From Octopus sinensis (taxonomy: Eukaryota): a DNA stretch of 64,000 bases. Below the pieces are notes generated by a model that saw only the letters and a program-made list of their open reading frames with translations, was not told the DNA's origin and made no database searches. The DNA lies in assembly GCF_006345805.1 (NCBI RefSeq), contig NC_043017.1, positions 23,312,001-23,376,000 on the forward strand, read 5' to 3'. A program made the position numbers and the translations under genes. How positions within the stretch are numbered: position 1 is the first letter of the stretch; every line of letters starts with the position of its first letter. Positions 51,526 to 64,000 of the stretch are shown piece after piece.

Positions 51526-51795
51526 CTCTAGAGAAAGCATAAGCATCATATAAACTTGCTGTCTTATTATTTCTACAAAACTGAAGTTTCATACTTGTTT
51601 TAAAATGTTTGAAAAATGTCACAGGTGCCCTTGTATTGTGATAAGTTCTTTGGCTGAAAGGAATTCATCTGCTTTGGTTCTCCAGTTTATATGTTATAAA
51701 AAAAAGGGAATTAAAAGATTAAATGTCAGCTAATTACTATTGATGTCATGTCATTCATAACATAATTTTTACTTTCAACAATTCTGTCCTTACAG

Positions 51796-51922
51796 TTGCA
51801 TGTAGCTGCGATATCTGTGAAGGAATAAGGTCAGTGGGACACATAGTTGCCAAAAGACGAGAACGGAAACGGCGAGAGAAAGAAGAAGCACTGATGGAAA
51901 GTGATGGTCACTACTGGCGAAT
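51796..51922 (+). CDS. SINHCAF: SINHCAF/FAM60A homologue, coding exon 3
   Basis: CCTTACAG| acceptor and AT|GTAAGT donor; phases fit both neighbours. Encodes (V)ACSCDICEGIRSVGHIVAKRRERKRREKEEALMESDGHYWR, ending at the conserved YW[KR] motif. Confidence 0.85.
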
Positions 51923-52487
51923 GTAAGTATTTTATCCATGAAGAAGGGTGACATTCAAGTGGCACAAGGGTTAAAATTTAGACAACTATAGTAGTATAAG
52001 CATAGGAATTTCAGCCATGTTCATCTTATATATTATAGGCATTGTTCAACCTGAACCACATTATTCAATGTAGCTGTCCTTTTCTAAGATGGTAGGATAC
52101 AATTTGAAAGAGATTTGGCTGCTATTTTTAACAAGTGGCTACATAAGGTATAGAATGTGACAAGGCTGGCTTTTAGTATTACAGGTACAACACATTTTTG
52201 CCAGATGAATAGACTGCAGCAATGAGAAGTAAAATGTCTGGCTCAATGACACAATGCACTGCTGGGAATCATTCGTGACCTAACGATTAAACCATGTACT
52301 GTCACAAGCAAACAATAAAAATAACATCAGGTCCCCTCAGAACAAATGTAACATTTGAAAATTTTCAAACTGATTTTCATATTTTGAAACTTCTCATGTA
52401 TGTATTGCTTTTATTTTAATGTTGTTAGCATTCACCATCATTTGATACCCAATTTTTTTATGCTGTCTGAGTTGCAATATATTTCTT

Positions 52488-52835
52488 TACTGCCCACAAG
52501 GGGCTAAATATAGAGGGGACAAACAAGGACAGACAAAGGGATTAAGTCGATTATATCGCCCCCAGTGCAAAATGGTACTTTATTTATCGACCCCGAAAGA
52601 ATGAAAGGCAAAGTCGACCTCGGCAGAAATTGAACTCAGAACGTAGCGGCAGATGAAATACTGCTGAGCATTTTGCCCAGCATGCTAATGTTTCTGCCAG
52701 CTCGCCGCCTTTTGACCCCGAAAGGATGAAAGGCAAAGTCAACCTCGGCGGAATTTGAACTCAGAACGTAGCGGCAGACGAAATACCGCTAAGGCTTTCG
52801 CCCGGCGTGCTAGCGTTTCTTCCAGTTCGCCACCT
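52488..52835 (-). mobile_element. SINE family B, partial dimer
   Basis: Reverse copy with CCCACAAGGGGCTAAA tail and duplicated head. Confidence 0.88.
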
Positions 52836-53035
52836 TGTCTGAGATGCAATAGTCTCACAATGTTTCTTGCATGGATTTTACAGCAAGATACCCTTCCTGT
52901 CACCAACCACTTTATAGTGTAGATTACAATTTATATACTTTATAAACTATTTATACAAACATTTATAATTCCTTTCTTTTTGTTTGTTTCTTTTAATTTT
53001 ATTTTCTCTTCATTTTTTTCTTGATTTCATTACAG

Positions 53036-53249
53036 TTATATGATTCCATGTGGATGTGGTCCTGTTTTAATAGGACGAGCCAATGAAATAATGGTCGATG
53101 AAGGTTTAATGAAATGGTGCAGGAAACCTGGTTGTTACATGGGCAATAGTTCTACTGACCAAGAGAGCAGAACTGGAACGAGAGAGTCTTCTTTAGAAAT
53201 AATTAGTGACAGTGCAGCCAGTGCTAGCAGCAATGAATTGGACTTCTAA
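53036..53249 (+). CDS. SINHCAF: SINHCAF/FAM60A homologue, last coding exon
   Basis: Long polypyrimidine tract + TACAG|; encodes (I)YMIPCGCGPVLIGRANEIMVDEGLMKWCRKPGC...NELDF* (cf. ICCGIIYKGRFGEVLID..LFKPC). Total CDS 219+103+127+214=663 nt, i.e. 220 aa. Confidence 0.9.
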
Positions 53250-54860
53250 AAACAACAAAAATTCAGGTTCCCCTCCCTTCCTCTCCCTCTTTCTGCCTTC
53301 CCCTTCAAATCCACCGACACTACCCTTGCTACTCCTAATCGGGTGTATTGCTAGCATGTCTTGTAGGTCACAGAAACTAACCACTACCATACAACTCTCA
53401 CCGTGGCTACAAAGCAAATCTGTTGCAACAACATAGAAAAATAAGCTCAATGGCAATGTATGATTTTTTTTTTGTATGATATGTGTGTGTATGAGAGAGT
53501 GTATATGTGAGTGGGAGTGTATATGTGTGTGTATATGTATAGCTAAATGAATGTTTTTCTTGCTTGTTTAGAATGTTGCATGAGTAGTCCTGGATCTCAG
53601 CCAACTGTTAACAAACACTAAAGAAGCTATTCCAATAGCAGATATTTTCCAAATTTAATTTTTTTTTTCCATGGATGAGAGATTTGTTCTGAGAACAGCA
53701 AAACAAAAAACACAAATCAAAACAACACAAGCAATACAGCACAAAATACATGCAAAAGAATAGAAAAATATAAGAACCAAATTAACCACAACTTTTTATT
53801 TGAAATATCACCATATCTCTCCCTCTTTCCCGTTCTGCCTCTTTCCTCTTTCTTTCTCACTTTTATATTTCATACATCCCATCAGTCATTCATATTTTAT
53901 TTTTATTTTCTCACTTTTTCTTTCTCATCTAAAAATGACTGACCATTTCCCCATCTATGTCAACAAATTAATTTTTCTCCAACAAGGAAAAAATTACATA
54001 TATACATACACACACACATATCTATATATTTTTTTTATCATTCATATTTCAAAGGTAAAAAAAAAAATTATCTGGAAAAAATTTTTTCACATTTTTAAAT
54101 TATAAAAAAAAAAGGAAATGAAAAATACAAAAAAAAAGGTTTTTCAAGAAAAAAATTTTCAATCACAAACAAAATACACAAAACAAAAAATTTATCTTTT
54201 TTTTAACCTTTGTATGAAATATTTTTTAAATTTCTAAAGTACATCTCATGAAATATGTTTTCTTTCAACAACATCAATTCTTTAGATTCAACATTGATTT
54301 AAGATCAAGATTGAAACAAGAAAAGTAAGAAGAAAAAAGGAGAAAAACTTTTTAAAATAGGAAGGAAAAAAAGTAAGACTTGTTTATATGTTACAAGTAA
54401 TAATGATACAAAGTGGTGACTAAAAGTGACTTTCTTCAAAAAAGACCAATTTTTAACCAAAAAATATATATCTCCTACCGTTCCAGTTTTTTTTCTTTCT
54501 GGCAATATTTATGTGATATATATACTTTTCTTAGGTATGTATCAAAACATAACTTTAAACCTAATATTGTATCAATGTTATGTAGATAGGCAGATGTTTA
54601 GATGCCCTTATATATATTTGTATGTCCTAATATATACATACATACATATATATATATATATAAGCGTACATAAATTTTGCATAATGTATTTGCATGCATG
54701 TTTGGATGTAAGTGCAGATTAGATCATAAAATGTGGAGAGCTATGCTGGGAATAATGATGATGATAATACATACCTATACTCATATACATATACAAGCTC
54801 ATATCTCACTAAGTATATGCTTATTTTAGATTAAAGCATGATTATACACACTTTTTGGTA
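53250..54860 (+). other. Probable 3'UTR (end uncertain)
   Basis: Very A/U-rich sequence after the stop; the first poly(A)-signal-like hexamer I noticed is ATTAAA at 54830-54835. The UTR could be longer. Confidence 0.4.
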
Positions 54861-55187
54861 TAGATATATATCAATAATATATATATATATGCATGTATGC
54901 ATAAATGAGTACTTCTCTGTGAGTAAAAGAGTGTATGTAGGTATGTATGTGTATGTATGTATTTATGCATGCATGTATATATCTATGTGTGTATATTTAT
55001 GTACAGTTGTATATGTATTAATATATGTGTATGTTTATATGCATGCCAGTATGTGAGTGGTTCAATGTGTTGTTGATTTTTTCCCCACCTTTTATTTATT
55101 GTTTGCATTTATTTTGAATACAGTTTATATACACATGATGATGGCTGTCTACTCATGTCTGATGCTGACCACTTTCTCTTTACACAT

Positions 55188-55232
<45 letters not shown>

Positions 55233-55513
55233 TGTGTGTGTGTGTGAGACAAGCTTTATGGCACGATTGTAAGTTCTGGTTGAATCAAGTCTACTGACTT
55301 GCATCAGTCAATGCCTGCTTCAAACTGCGTGACTTATTTTCGTACCTTTTAAAAACTGCATGAATATCACAATCTCCCTTAAGTCTGAGGTTATACATAC
55401 CTCTATATAAAGAACAATAATTACACACACACACACACACACACACACATAAATATATGACACAAATCTGACATCCTGATTGAACCTGGGTTCACTCATC
55501 TTCAATTTATTAA

Positions 55514-55736
55514 CCCTTTTGATACCAACTGACCTGAGACCATATCTGATTCTATGATACAAACTTCCTGTTTTAAAAGTGATTTAAATTGAAACCTTAT
55601 ATCAAAATTTCATGTTAATTTATGTTCCAAACACCAACTTAATAATGGCCAAATTATTTTACTAAGTTCATCATTATTTTCAAAATTAATTGAAATGAAG
55701 GAAGTGTATTGCAAGAGAAATATGTTAACAAAAGGG
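55514..55736. mobile_element. piggyBac-type MITE
   Basis: TTAA-CCCTTTTGATACC ... GTTAACAAAAGGG-TTAA; same family as 51232-51453. Confidence 0.82.
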
Positions 55737-55869
55737 TTAAAGGTTATAATGCTTTAGTTTCTTGGTGGGGTTGTCATTTCTTGCAATCTAATCTTTGATG
55801 TAATAGAATGAAGAAAAGCAAAAAATATGGTTTTTATTCTATCATAGACTTCCATATCAAAAGGAATAG

Positions 55870-56345
55870 TAAAAAATGTTAGAGCATCAAACAAATTGCC
55901 TTGTGGCATTCAGTTACAGCTCTCTACATTCTGAGTTCAAATCCTACCAAGGTCGTCTTCTCCATTCATCCTTTTAGAGTTGATAAAATAAAGTAATAGT
56001 CAAGTAATGGGGTTAATTTAATTGACTATTTTCTCTCCCTAAATTTCTGGCCTTGAGCCAATGTAAGAAACAATTGTTATTAATATTATTATTATTATCA
56101 CCACTACTACTACTACTATTATTAGAAGGCACCAAGCTGGCAGAATCGTTAGCATGCCAGGCGAAATGCTTAGTGGTATTTTGTCTGCCACTATGTTCTG
56201 AGTTCATATTCCGCTGAGGTCAACTTTGCCTTTCATCCTTTCAGGGTCAGTAAATTAAGTACGAGTGAAACACTGGGATCAATGTAATCGATTAGTCCCC
56301 TCCCCCCGAATTTCAGGCCTTGTGCCTATAATAGAAAGGATTATT
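55870..56345 (+). mobile_element. Two SINE family B copies (AGGCC tail)
   Basis: CTGAGTTCAAAT..GGTC..TTCATCCTT.. bodies at about 55870-56075 and 56128-56343. Confidence 0.8.
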
Positions 56346-56352
56346 GTTGTTG

Positions 56353-56397
<45 letters not shown>

Positions 56398-57739
56398 GTT
56401 GTGGCAATGGTGGCAGGTTGTTAATATGGGTTGCAATTTGGCTCCTAATTTCTTGACAAATTGAGATTTAAAATCTCATTTGCAATCGCTACATTTATAC
56501 CATTAAAATATTTGGTATATGTGATCTAGGTGTCATCAGTCTGCCTTTTCAAATCACATGTTCAAATCATACCAGTGTTAGCTTTAATTTTACACCTCTC
56601 CAAACTTGATTCAATAGGTTCCAGGTATGTAATGATATTGCTTATTAATCGACTCTAACCCCTGATCCCCTATAAACTTGAGACATTGTTTCAATAGAAA
56701 AATAGCATTATGATTATCATTATTAATTTTTTTTGTTTCTTCCACATTTTCCTCCTCCTCCTTTTCCTCTACTTACTACTATTACTACTACTACTACCAC
56801 CACCACCACCACCACTACTCTACCTCTACTACTTTTGCTACTACTACTGACATTCGTGTCAACTTTGCTTCAGTCCTTACTGGTTTGATAAAAGACAATA
56901 CCTGTCATGTATCTGGGTCAATATAATCAATTTGTATTTCTCTTTAGATGATGCATAGGGTTAGTCATTAGAGTAGGATTAATGGTAAGCTAACTTTACT
57001 GCCTGGTTTTGATTCCTTGCTGAATCTATGAAGCTGATTCTGTCATTTATCCTTTTGGAGGAATGGCTTGAAAGCTTCAATTTATTGCATCCATTGTTTG
57101 AATATCTTAAGATTCATGTCTATGTAAAAATATTCATTATCAACACAAAGATCCAGTGATAAAGAGAGAGGTAAGGGAGATGAATTCTCATCAAATGTGA
57201 GATTTGATTTTTCTTCAATTTATGTAACAAATTTCCCTGCAACACTAAATACCATGGAAGAAATATTTGAAGGAGCCCTGTACCTCTTATTACTTTTCTG
57301 TATGTCTCCAGTATTTTGTAACTCCTTAAGGGAAGTCATTTATTAAGAGAGCCAATATACCACTGTAAAAGTTGCAATCCAATGACAGCTTTGTGATACC
57401 TGTTTTGGTGTTCAACTGTTTCAGTGATCAAGCTTAACTATGGGGGAAAGTTGCAGAGGGTGGGAGGTTAATAGTAGCATGAAAATAAGCACCAGTGTTA
57501 TACTGAGTATAAAACTTACCATTTTGGCCAGTTGAAAGAAATCACTATTATTGTCCAAAAGGAAATCTCTTAATAATAATAATTATTATTATTACTATGG
57601 CAGCAGATTAACAAATTTATTAAAGCATCATAAAAAGCCAGACGAATGCATTATGTGTGCACAAAAAAATACAAATTTTTTCTTATTATTCACTAAATAT
57701 AAAATCATCGCTATAATGAAAGATTGACAGAATAGAGCT

Positions 57740-58810
57740 TTTGGAAATTGCCATGGGGTTTTGTTCTTTTTTTTTACATTCTGAATTCAAATCCCATCAA
57801 GGTCATCTTTGCTTTTCATCCTTCTAAGGTCAATAAAATAAGTACCAGTTAAGTACTCGGGTCCATGATTCAATAATTTCCTTCCCCACAAATTTCCAGC
57901 CTTGTACCTATATTAAAAACTATAGTAGTAGTGGCGGTGGCTTTGGTGGTGGTCATAAATGTGCAGTCCTGTTTTTGTAAGACTGAGTTTGTATCTCAGT
58001 TTCATTTTTCAAATGGAATTTATTTATGTAAGTGATATTTAGTATGCTCTTAAAACTGGCATGATCATACCCCAATACTCCATATCCTGCTCATCTAAAG
58101 ATCACAATATCTATTTTAGAAGCATTATTATTTCAGTTGATAGAACTGTGAGAATGGAGGACCAGCAAAACCTTATGGTATTTAGTTACATTACATAACA
58201 TTCTAATTTTGAACCCCTGTTTTTCATCCTTTGCATCAATAAAAAAAAGGGGGCTAATTAGACACTGGGATTGATAACATTGATTGTGCTCTTTCCCACC
58301 AAGATTTGAGGCCTTGTGCCTATGTTAGGAACCATTATTAATGTTAAGAGCATTGGTATAGTTGTATTGGTAAAAGATCAGAAAAATTGCCTTTTCACAG
58401 TTGCCAGTTTTAACTTTGCCTTTCATCCTTCTGTAGTTCTTAGTAAGTTCCAAGATATTGGCAGTGGGAGTGATATAATCAACTCTATGCTCTTAAAAAA
58501 AGAAAGAAAAATGTATGTCACTGTTAGAAATGAAGGTGTTAGAATAACAGAGCATCACATAAAATACCTTGCTGTATTTATCCCACCCTTCTATATTCTA
58601 GGTTCAAATCTTCCCTACGTTAACTTTGCTTTTCATCCTTTGATAAAATAAAGAACCTAGTAATTATTAGGGTTGATTAAATTTACATGTCTCTTTCCTC
58701 AAATTTCTGAGTTCAAATTCTGCTGAGATTGACTTTGGCTGTCATCCTTAAAAGATTGACAAAATAAGTATCAGTTGAGCATAGGGGCTCAACTTGTGCC
58801 TATATTAGAA
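57740..58810 (+). mobile_element. Cluster of old SINE family B remnants
   Basis: Repeated CTTTGCCTTTCATCCTT..ATAAAATAAGTACCAG fragments. Confidence 0.6.
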
Positions 58811-59669
58811 TGAATTATTATCATTGAGTGAGAAAGCAGCGCATGCCCTCAAAGTGACACCAGGGTACAAACACACAAAGCCCAATATATCCATCATGAC
58901 TACCCGTCTGATAAGGGTACACCAGGCCCATGCCTCACAACCATATGTGCATGATATGGTGATCACATCAAGATAAACAATTATTGTTGGGGACAGCTGA
59001 GTCAACAGATTTAGGCTATTTAGTTTTATCATCTCTTTATTCTGAATTCAAATTCTATCCGTCAATTTTTCTCTTTTGTCCCTTTGTGTGTGTCTGTGGT
59101 GGTAGTAGTGGCGGTGGAATCATCAGGCATGTACTAGAACAGGGGTTCGGTGTTAATCGCTTATATCCCTTCTGCTATTAATGTGTTTGGGTCCAATACG
59201 ATATATAAATATTATTTCATTTCAAGAAGAGGACCAACTCAGTTTCATTGACATTCTGGTAATATCATACATAGATTGTCGCCTTGGATGTTTCAGTGAT
59301 GTCATCTACCTTTTGGCTTCTTTCTCTAAATTTACATTCCAATTGATCTATGAACAATAATCAGTGTTGGTCATGAAATTTTGTTTGTGGTGGTGTTGTT
59401 ATTGATGTTGTTATTTTTGTTGTTATTGTTGTTGTTTGTGCTAAAGTCATTGGCAGGTATTGAAAACTGAAAAAAAAAAAAAATTATCAAACTATAGTAA
59501 CAAAACAAAAAAAGTGATTTAAAAACACAAACTAAAACAGACAGGTCTTTGTCATATGTGTATTTCATTGCCAAAATGTGTTGTTTTTTCCTCTCCCCTT
59601 CGTTGCACATTACCCCTCCCCTGATATATAATATATATATATGTATGTATATATTAATATTATATATGA

Positions 59670-59710
<41 letters not shown>

Positions 59711-60734
59711 TATGTTATATATAATACACCATATATAGATATACACACACATATATATATATATATATATGTCACACTTATCACTCAGGTTTCTGTGTTT
59801 TTATTATTCATTATTAATTTACATTCTAAGTTCACATTTTTATTCTCTCACTCATTTCATCTCCTTTTGCTTATTACTTCTCTTTCTCTGTTTTAAACAA
59901 ATATATACAACACATACGTACATTCACGCATGTACGTGCGCTCACACACACACACACATTCATATACTTACACCCTGCACCCTACACTTCCTCATTCTTA
60001 CATCTATATATCTTTCTCTTCAGTACCAACTATTCTTGCATTCATTCACTCACTCTCTCTTTCTCCACTTCCATATAATTATTCACTGCCATGTGTGTAG
60101 TCAACCATATCTGGAATAAAGGCAGGCACTTCCAGCTAACACCCTCTAAACTGTCCCAGAATAAAAAATGAGCATTGAGTAAAAATTATTTAGTTGTTTA
60201 GTGCATGTTGAAAACTGTTTTAAAATTGTGCTTTCAGAAAATTTTTTTTTCATTCTGATAATATATCAGTCAATTTGACATTATTTTAAAACAATCTCCA
60301 TTATTTTATAAATGTATTATTTTCATATTTTTCACTATTTGATGATTATTTACTTTAGTCAGAGACATCATTTTTATTGTTTGATAGTTATATATATACT
60401 TGTATGATAGTTTTCCTTATATATTCAATTGTAATTGAAGAAGTTATGAAATTCTGTTCTTTCGTAATTGCTAAGTATTTTCTTTACCTTTACTTATAAC
60501 TCCTGCAATTGCCACTTAGATTTTTTTTTTATATACATATGACAAAATTTTTCCAAAACAAAATATATATATATATGTATGTGTGTGTATATATATATTG
60601 GCTAGGACAAATTATATACATGTGAATGTATGTGTGTGTGTGCATTTGTGTCTGTATATACATACATGAGTACATGCATATACATGTGTATGTGTATGAG
60701 TGTATGTATGTATTATATATATGATGTATGTATC

Positions 60735-60900
60735 CACCATCATTTTGATGCCCATTTTCCATGCTGGCATGGAAAATGGATGTTTTGACAGGATTCAATG
60801 AGTTGTAGGACAGCATCTTGCTCCACTGTCTCAGGCTGGCATTGTCCTTACAGCTGGATGCTTTCCCTAATGTCAACCACTTTACAGAGTATACTGAGCC
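60735..60900. repeat. Family E dispersed repeat fragment
   Basis: Similar to 47900-48020 and about 52865-52915 (GGATGC.CTTCCT..CACCAACCAC). Confidence 0.6.
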
Positions 60901-61409
60901 AATTCAACTGAGTGTCAGGATAGGAGAGAGCATGGTTGTTTTATGTGAGATGTTGAATGGGAGATACCAGGACAAGTGTATTGTGGAGACGATTCATGGG
61001 TACCTTGCATTATACATGTATGGATGGATGGAATGGTGCCTGGAAGAAAGGTATGGTGAATTAAGGTGTGTGTATCAGTGCATCAGTATATATAAGTGTA
61101 TATATGTCTCCTTTTGAATCAATCACTCTATCTCTCTTTGTGTGTCTCTCCACATAGATATTTTATATATATATACATATGTATGTACATATATATTTAC
61201 ATGTATGTGTTTGTACATGTGTGCATATGTGTGTTTGTATATACATATAAACATATATATACATACACATGCGCGCGCACATATACATACATTATACATA
61301 CATATGTATATATGTGTGTGTGTGCATGCATAATTGTTTAATTAACTTTGTGAATATCATAACATAAATAGTGGAAAGACTATTATTTTCATTTATTAAG
61401 TTTTATTAA

Positions 61410-61785
61410 CATTAATCCCACCAGGGCCAGCTTTGCCCTTCAGCCTTTCAGGGTTGATAAAATTCGTACCAGCCAAGTACTGGGGTTCAATGTAATCGGC
61501 TTGCCCTACCTTGAAATTACTGGTCTTGTGTCCAAATTGGAAACCATTATTATTATTATTATTATCGATTTATGGCAGCGAGCTGGCAGAATCATTAGCA
61601 TGCCAGGAAAAATGCTTAACAGTACTTTGCCTATTTTCACTTTCTGAGTTCAAATTCCACCAAGCTCAACTTTGCCTCTCATCTTTTCGGGATCGATAAA
61701 TTAAGTACCAATCAAGCACTGGGGTCGATGTGATCGACTTATCCCCTACCCACAAATTTCAGGCCTTGTACCTTTAGTAGAAAAG

Positions 61786-61817
<32 letters not shown>

Positions 61818-62015
61818 GGCATTGAGTTGGCTGAATCATTAAGTTGCTGGACAGAATGCTTTGTAGCGTTTCATCTGTCTTCATATTCCAAGTTCAAATT
61901 CTGCCAAGGTCAAATTTATCTTTCAACTTTTCAGGGTCAATAAAATAAGTAGTAGTTGGGTCCTAGCTTGAATGTAATAGATTAACTCCTTCCCTTTGTG
62001 CCTATAATAGAAAGA
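61410..62015 (+). mobile_element. Three SINE family B copies with (ATT)n tails
   Basis: Best copy is 61573-61790: GGCAGCGAGCTGGCAGAATCATTAGC...CAGGCCTTGTACCTTTAGTAGAAAAG(ATT)n. Confidence 0.8.
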
Positions 62016-63946
62016 ATTATTATTACTTATATATTTATCCATTTATTTAGTTTTTCCTCAAACACCAGAAACTTTACATTCAATGACCAAAGTAAGAGTT
62101 CACAATATACTGTTTCTGTTGATATTTCGCTTCTCCTTAACAAATATGTAAGCAATTTTATGCAATTTGGGGTCCCTACACTCTGATCTCACTAATTATA
62201 CTTCAATTAACAAAAATGATAGTCTCACACACACACACACACACACAAACATAACATGTACACACACTTTCACAACGATAAACAAATTATTCAATATAGA
62301 ACCAAAATTATTCAGAAACCTTTTTCTGAACTCATAGTGAAACCTGTCAGCTTTTTAAATTTCTTAAATTTCACTGCACTTTTTTACCTTATACTTTTAT
62401 CTCTCTAAACTTCTTTAGTTCACCTTATTTTGCAGACTCATTGCTTACATGGCATAATTAATAGAAGCAAGTTTTCTTAATTATTCTCTGCCTTGACTTA
62501 ATCCTTAGAAAGTAAAGACATTATCTGAACTGTTTCTACTTCTAAAGAATTTCATTTGGTGCTTTAAAAAGTCTGAAGTTATTTTAAATTGGTTCTTTTA
62601 ATGATTACAGAGGTTTTCTTTAAATATACATCTATTTTTTTTTGTAACATTATTTATGCACTTTGATCGCAAAATATTTTAAATTAAAATTGATTTCTTT
62701 TATTTCAAAAGACTGCATTATGGTTTCAAACTTTGGTTGAAACTACTTGATTTTCTTAATACCCTTAAGAAAGATATAAATGTCATGCTTACCATTTTCC
62801 CATCCCCTAAGAGAGAATGCAAGGCTTTTGAGTCTAACAAACAAGAAACAACATTGAGTTAAGCTAGCAACAAATAAACATACAGATACCTACATATTAG
62901 CAAATAAATACTTACATATTAACACACATACATTCACTCATATAGATGCATACATTCCCTTACAGAAGCACACAAAAAGACACTACCTAATTAATATGCA
63001 AAGTTACATTAGATGTCTCTTTTTAAAACAAAAGTGGAAACATGCCAAAATTAACGTTGATGGCTTTCATACTAAAACTCTTTATTCCTGCCAAAGTAAA
63101 ACATTTTTATATCTATCAATTTTTCATTCATTACACTACCTTTTTTCGCTTTTATTTCTATTATTCCCCTATTTTTCTTTTTTTTTTTTACTGTTTGTTT
63201 CTGTTGCATTATCATCCACAGTATGATGATCAAATAGATTTCAAACCTGTGTTGCTGCTGCCTGCAGTTTATTTTATTTAGTAAACAACCCATTGGCTTT
63301 TATTGCGATGCATCCATAATTTACAAAATGTATTCACCAAAATTTAACAACATTCTTTGATTCACAAAACAGACTGCATCAATAAGTCATTTGTTAATTA
63401 CCCTTATTTGTACCTACTAGTTTTTATTTTCTTCGTTTAATTACAAAACTTAGGTCTCCAAGACCTACACTAACCCTCCACCAAGTTCCAAACTACATAC
63501 AATCGGATTCTGTATAGTTGGATAACTACTCACTGTACAGTGTAGTTCTAATACTGGTTTGGTTTGTATCTGTATTGTTTGCATGAGACTTTTTTTTTTT
63601 CATTTTGTGGTTTGTTAAAATTGTTTTATAGATATTGTTACAAATGTGATTGTGCTGGTTATGTCTTGTTAACCCCATTTTATTAGCAATTTGTTTCATC
63701 ACATCAGAGGCATGTTTCGTCTTTTTTATTCTTTTTTTTTTTATTATTATTATTAGCTTGTTATCACTATGGAATAGAAGCACATCATCCAGCTTCTCTC
63801 TCTGTGAACATCTGCCTCAAAATGTCATCATTTCAGGGGTTTCAGCATTTAAAAAAAAAATTAACCACTTAAATTTTCTAATCTTTGTTGATTTCTTTCA
63901 CATTTAATCAAGTAGCATATATATTCTTCTTGTAAATATATATATA

Positions 63947-63977
<31 letters not shown>

Positions 63978-64000
63978 TGTATACATGCATAGATATATAT

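Overview
AT-rich, microsatellite- and SINE-dense animal genomic DNA. The SINE families match my recollection of Octopus/coleoid cephalopod repeats; that assignment is inference, not a database result. I found one protein-coding gene, a + strand SINHCAF/FAM60A (SIN3-HDAC complex-associated factor) homologue. Its four coding exons (43729-43947, 49523-49625, 51796-51922, 53036-53249) join by canonical GT-AG splicing into a 220-aa ORF. A probable non-coding first exon ends at 8046, behind an NF-Y/CHR-like promoter, which implies a first intron of about 35.6 kb. That intron holds decayed Tc1/mariner transposases, a LINE RT fragment, a pogo/Tigger-like MITE with a 4x135-bp internal amplification, and many SINEs. 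It also holds the most unusual structure in the window: at least six degenerate copies (about 32.3-41.3 kb) of a non-coding module that reads on the minus strand as E-box + Inr + short exon + GTAAG donor, resembling an array of antisense promoters/first exons. Coding exons 2-4 total 477 nt in matching phase with no stop codon and lie between inverted SINEs, so a back-spliced circle would carry an endless ORF. Almost all other track ORFs are microsatellite or SINE artefacts. No tools were used; coordinates of decayed repeats are approximate.
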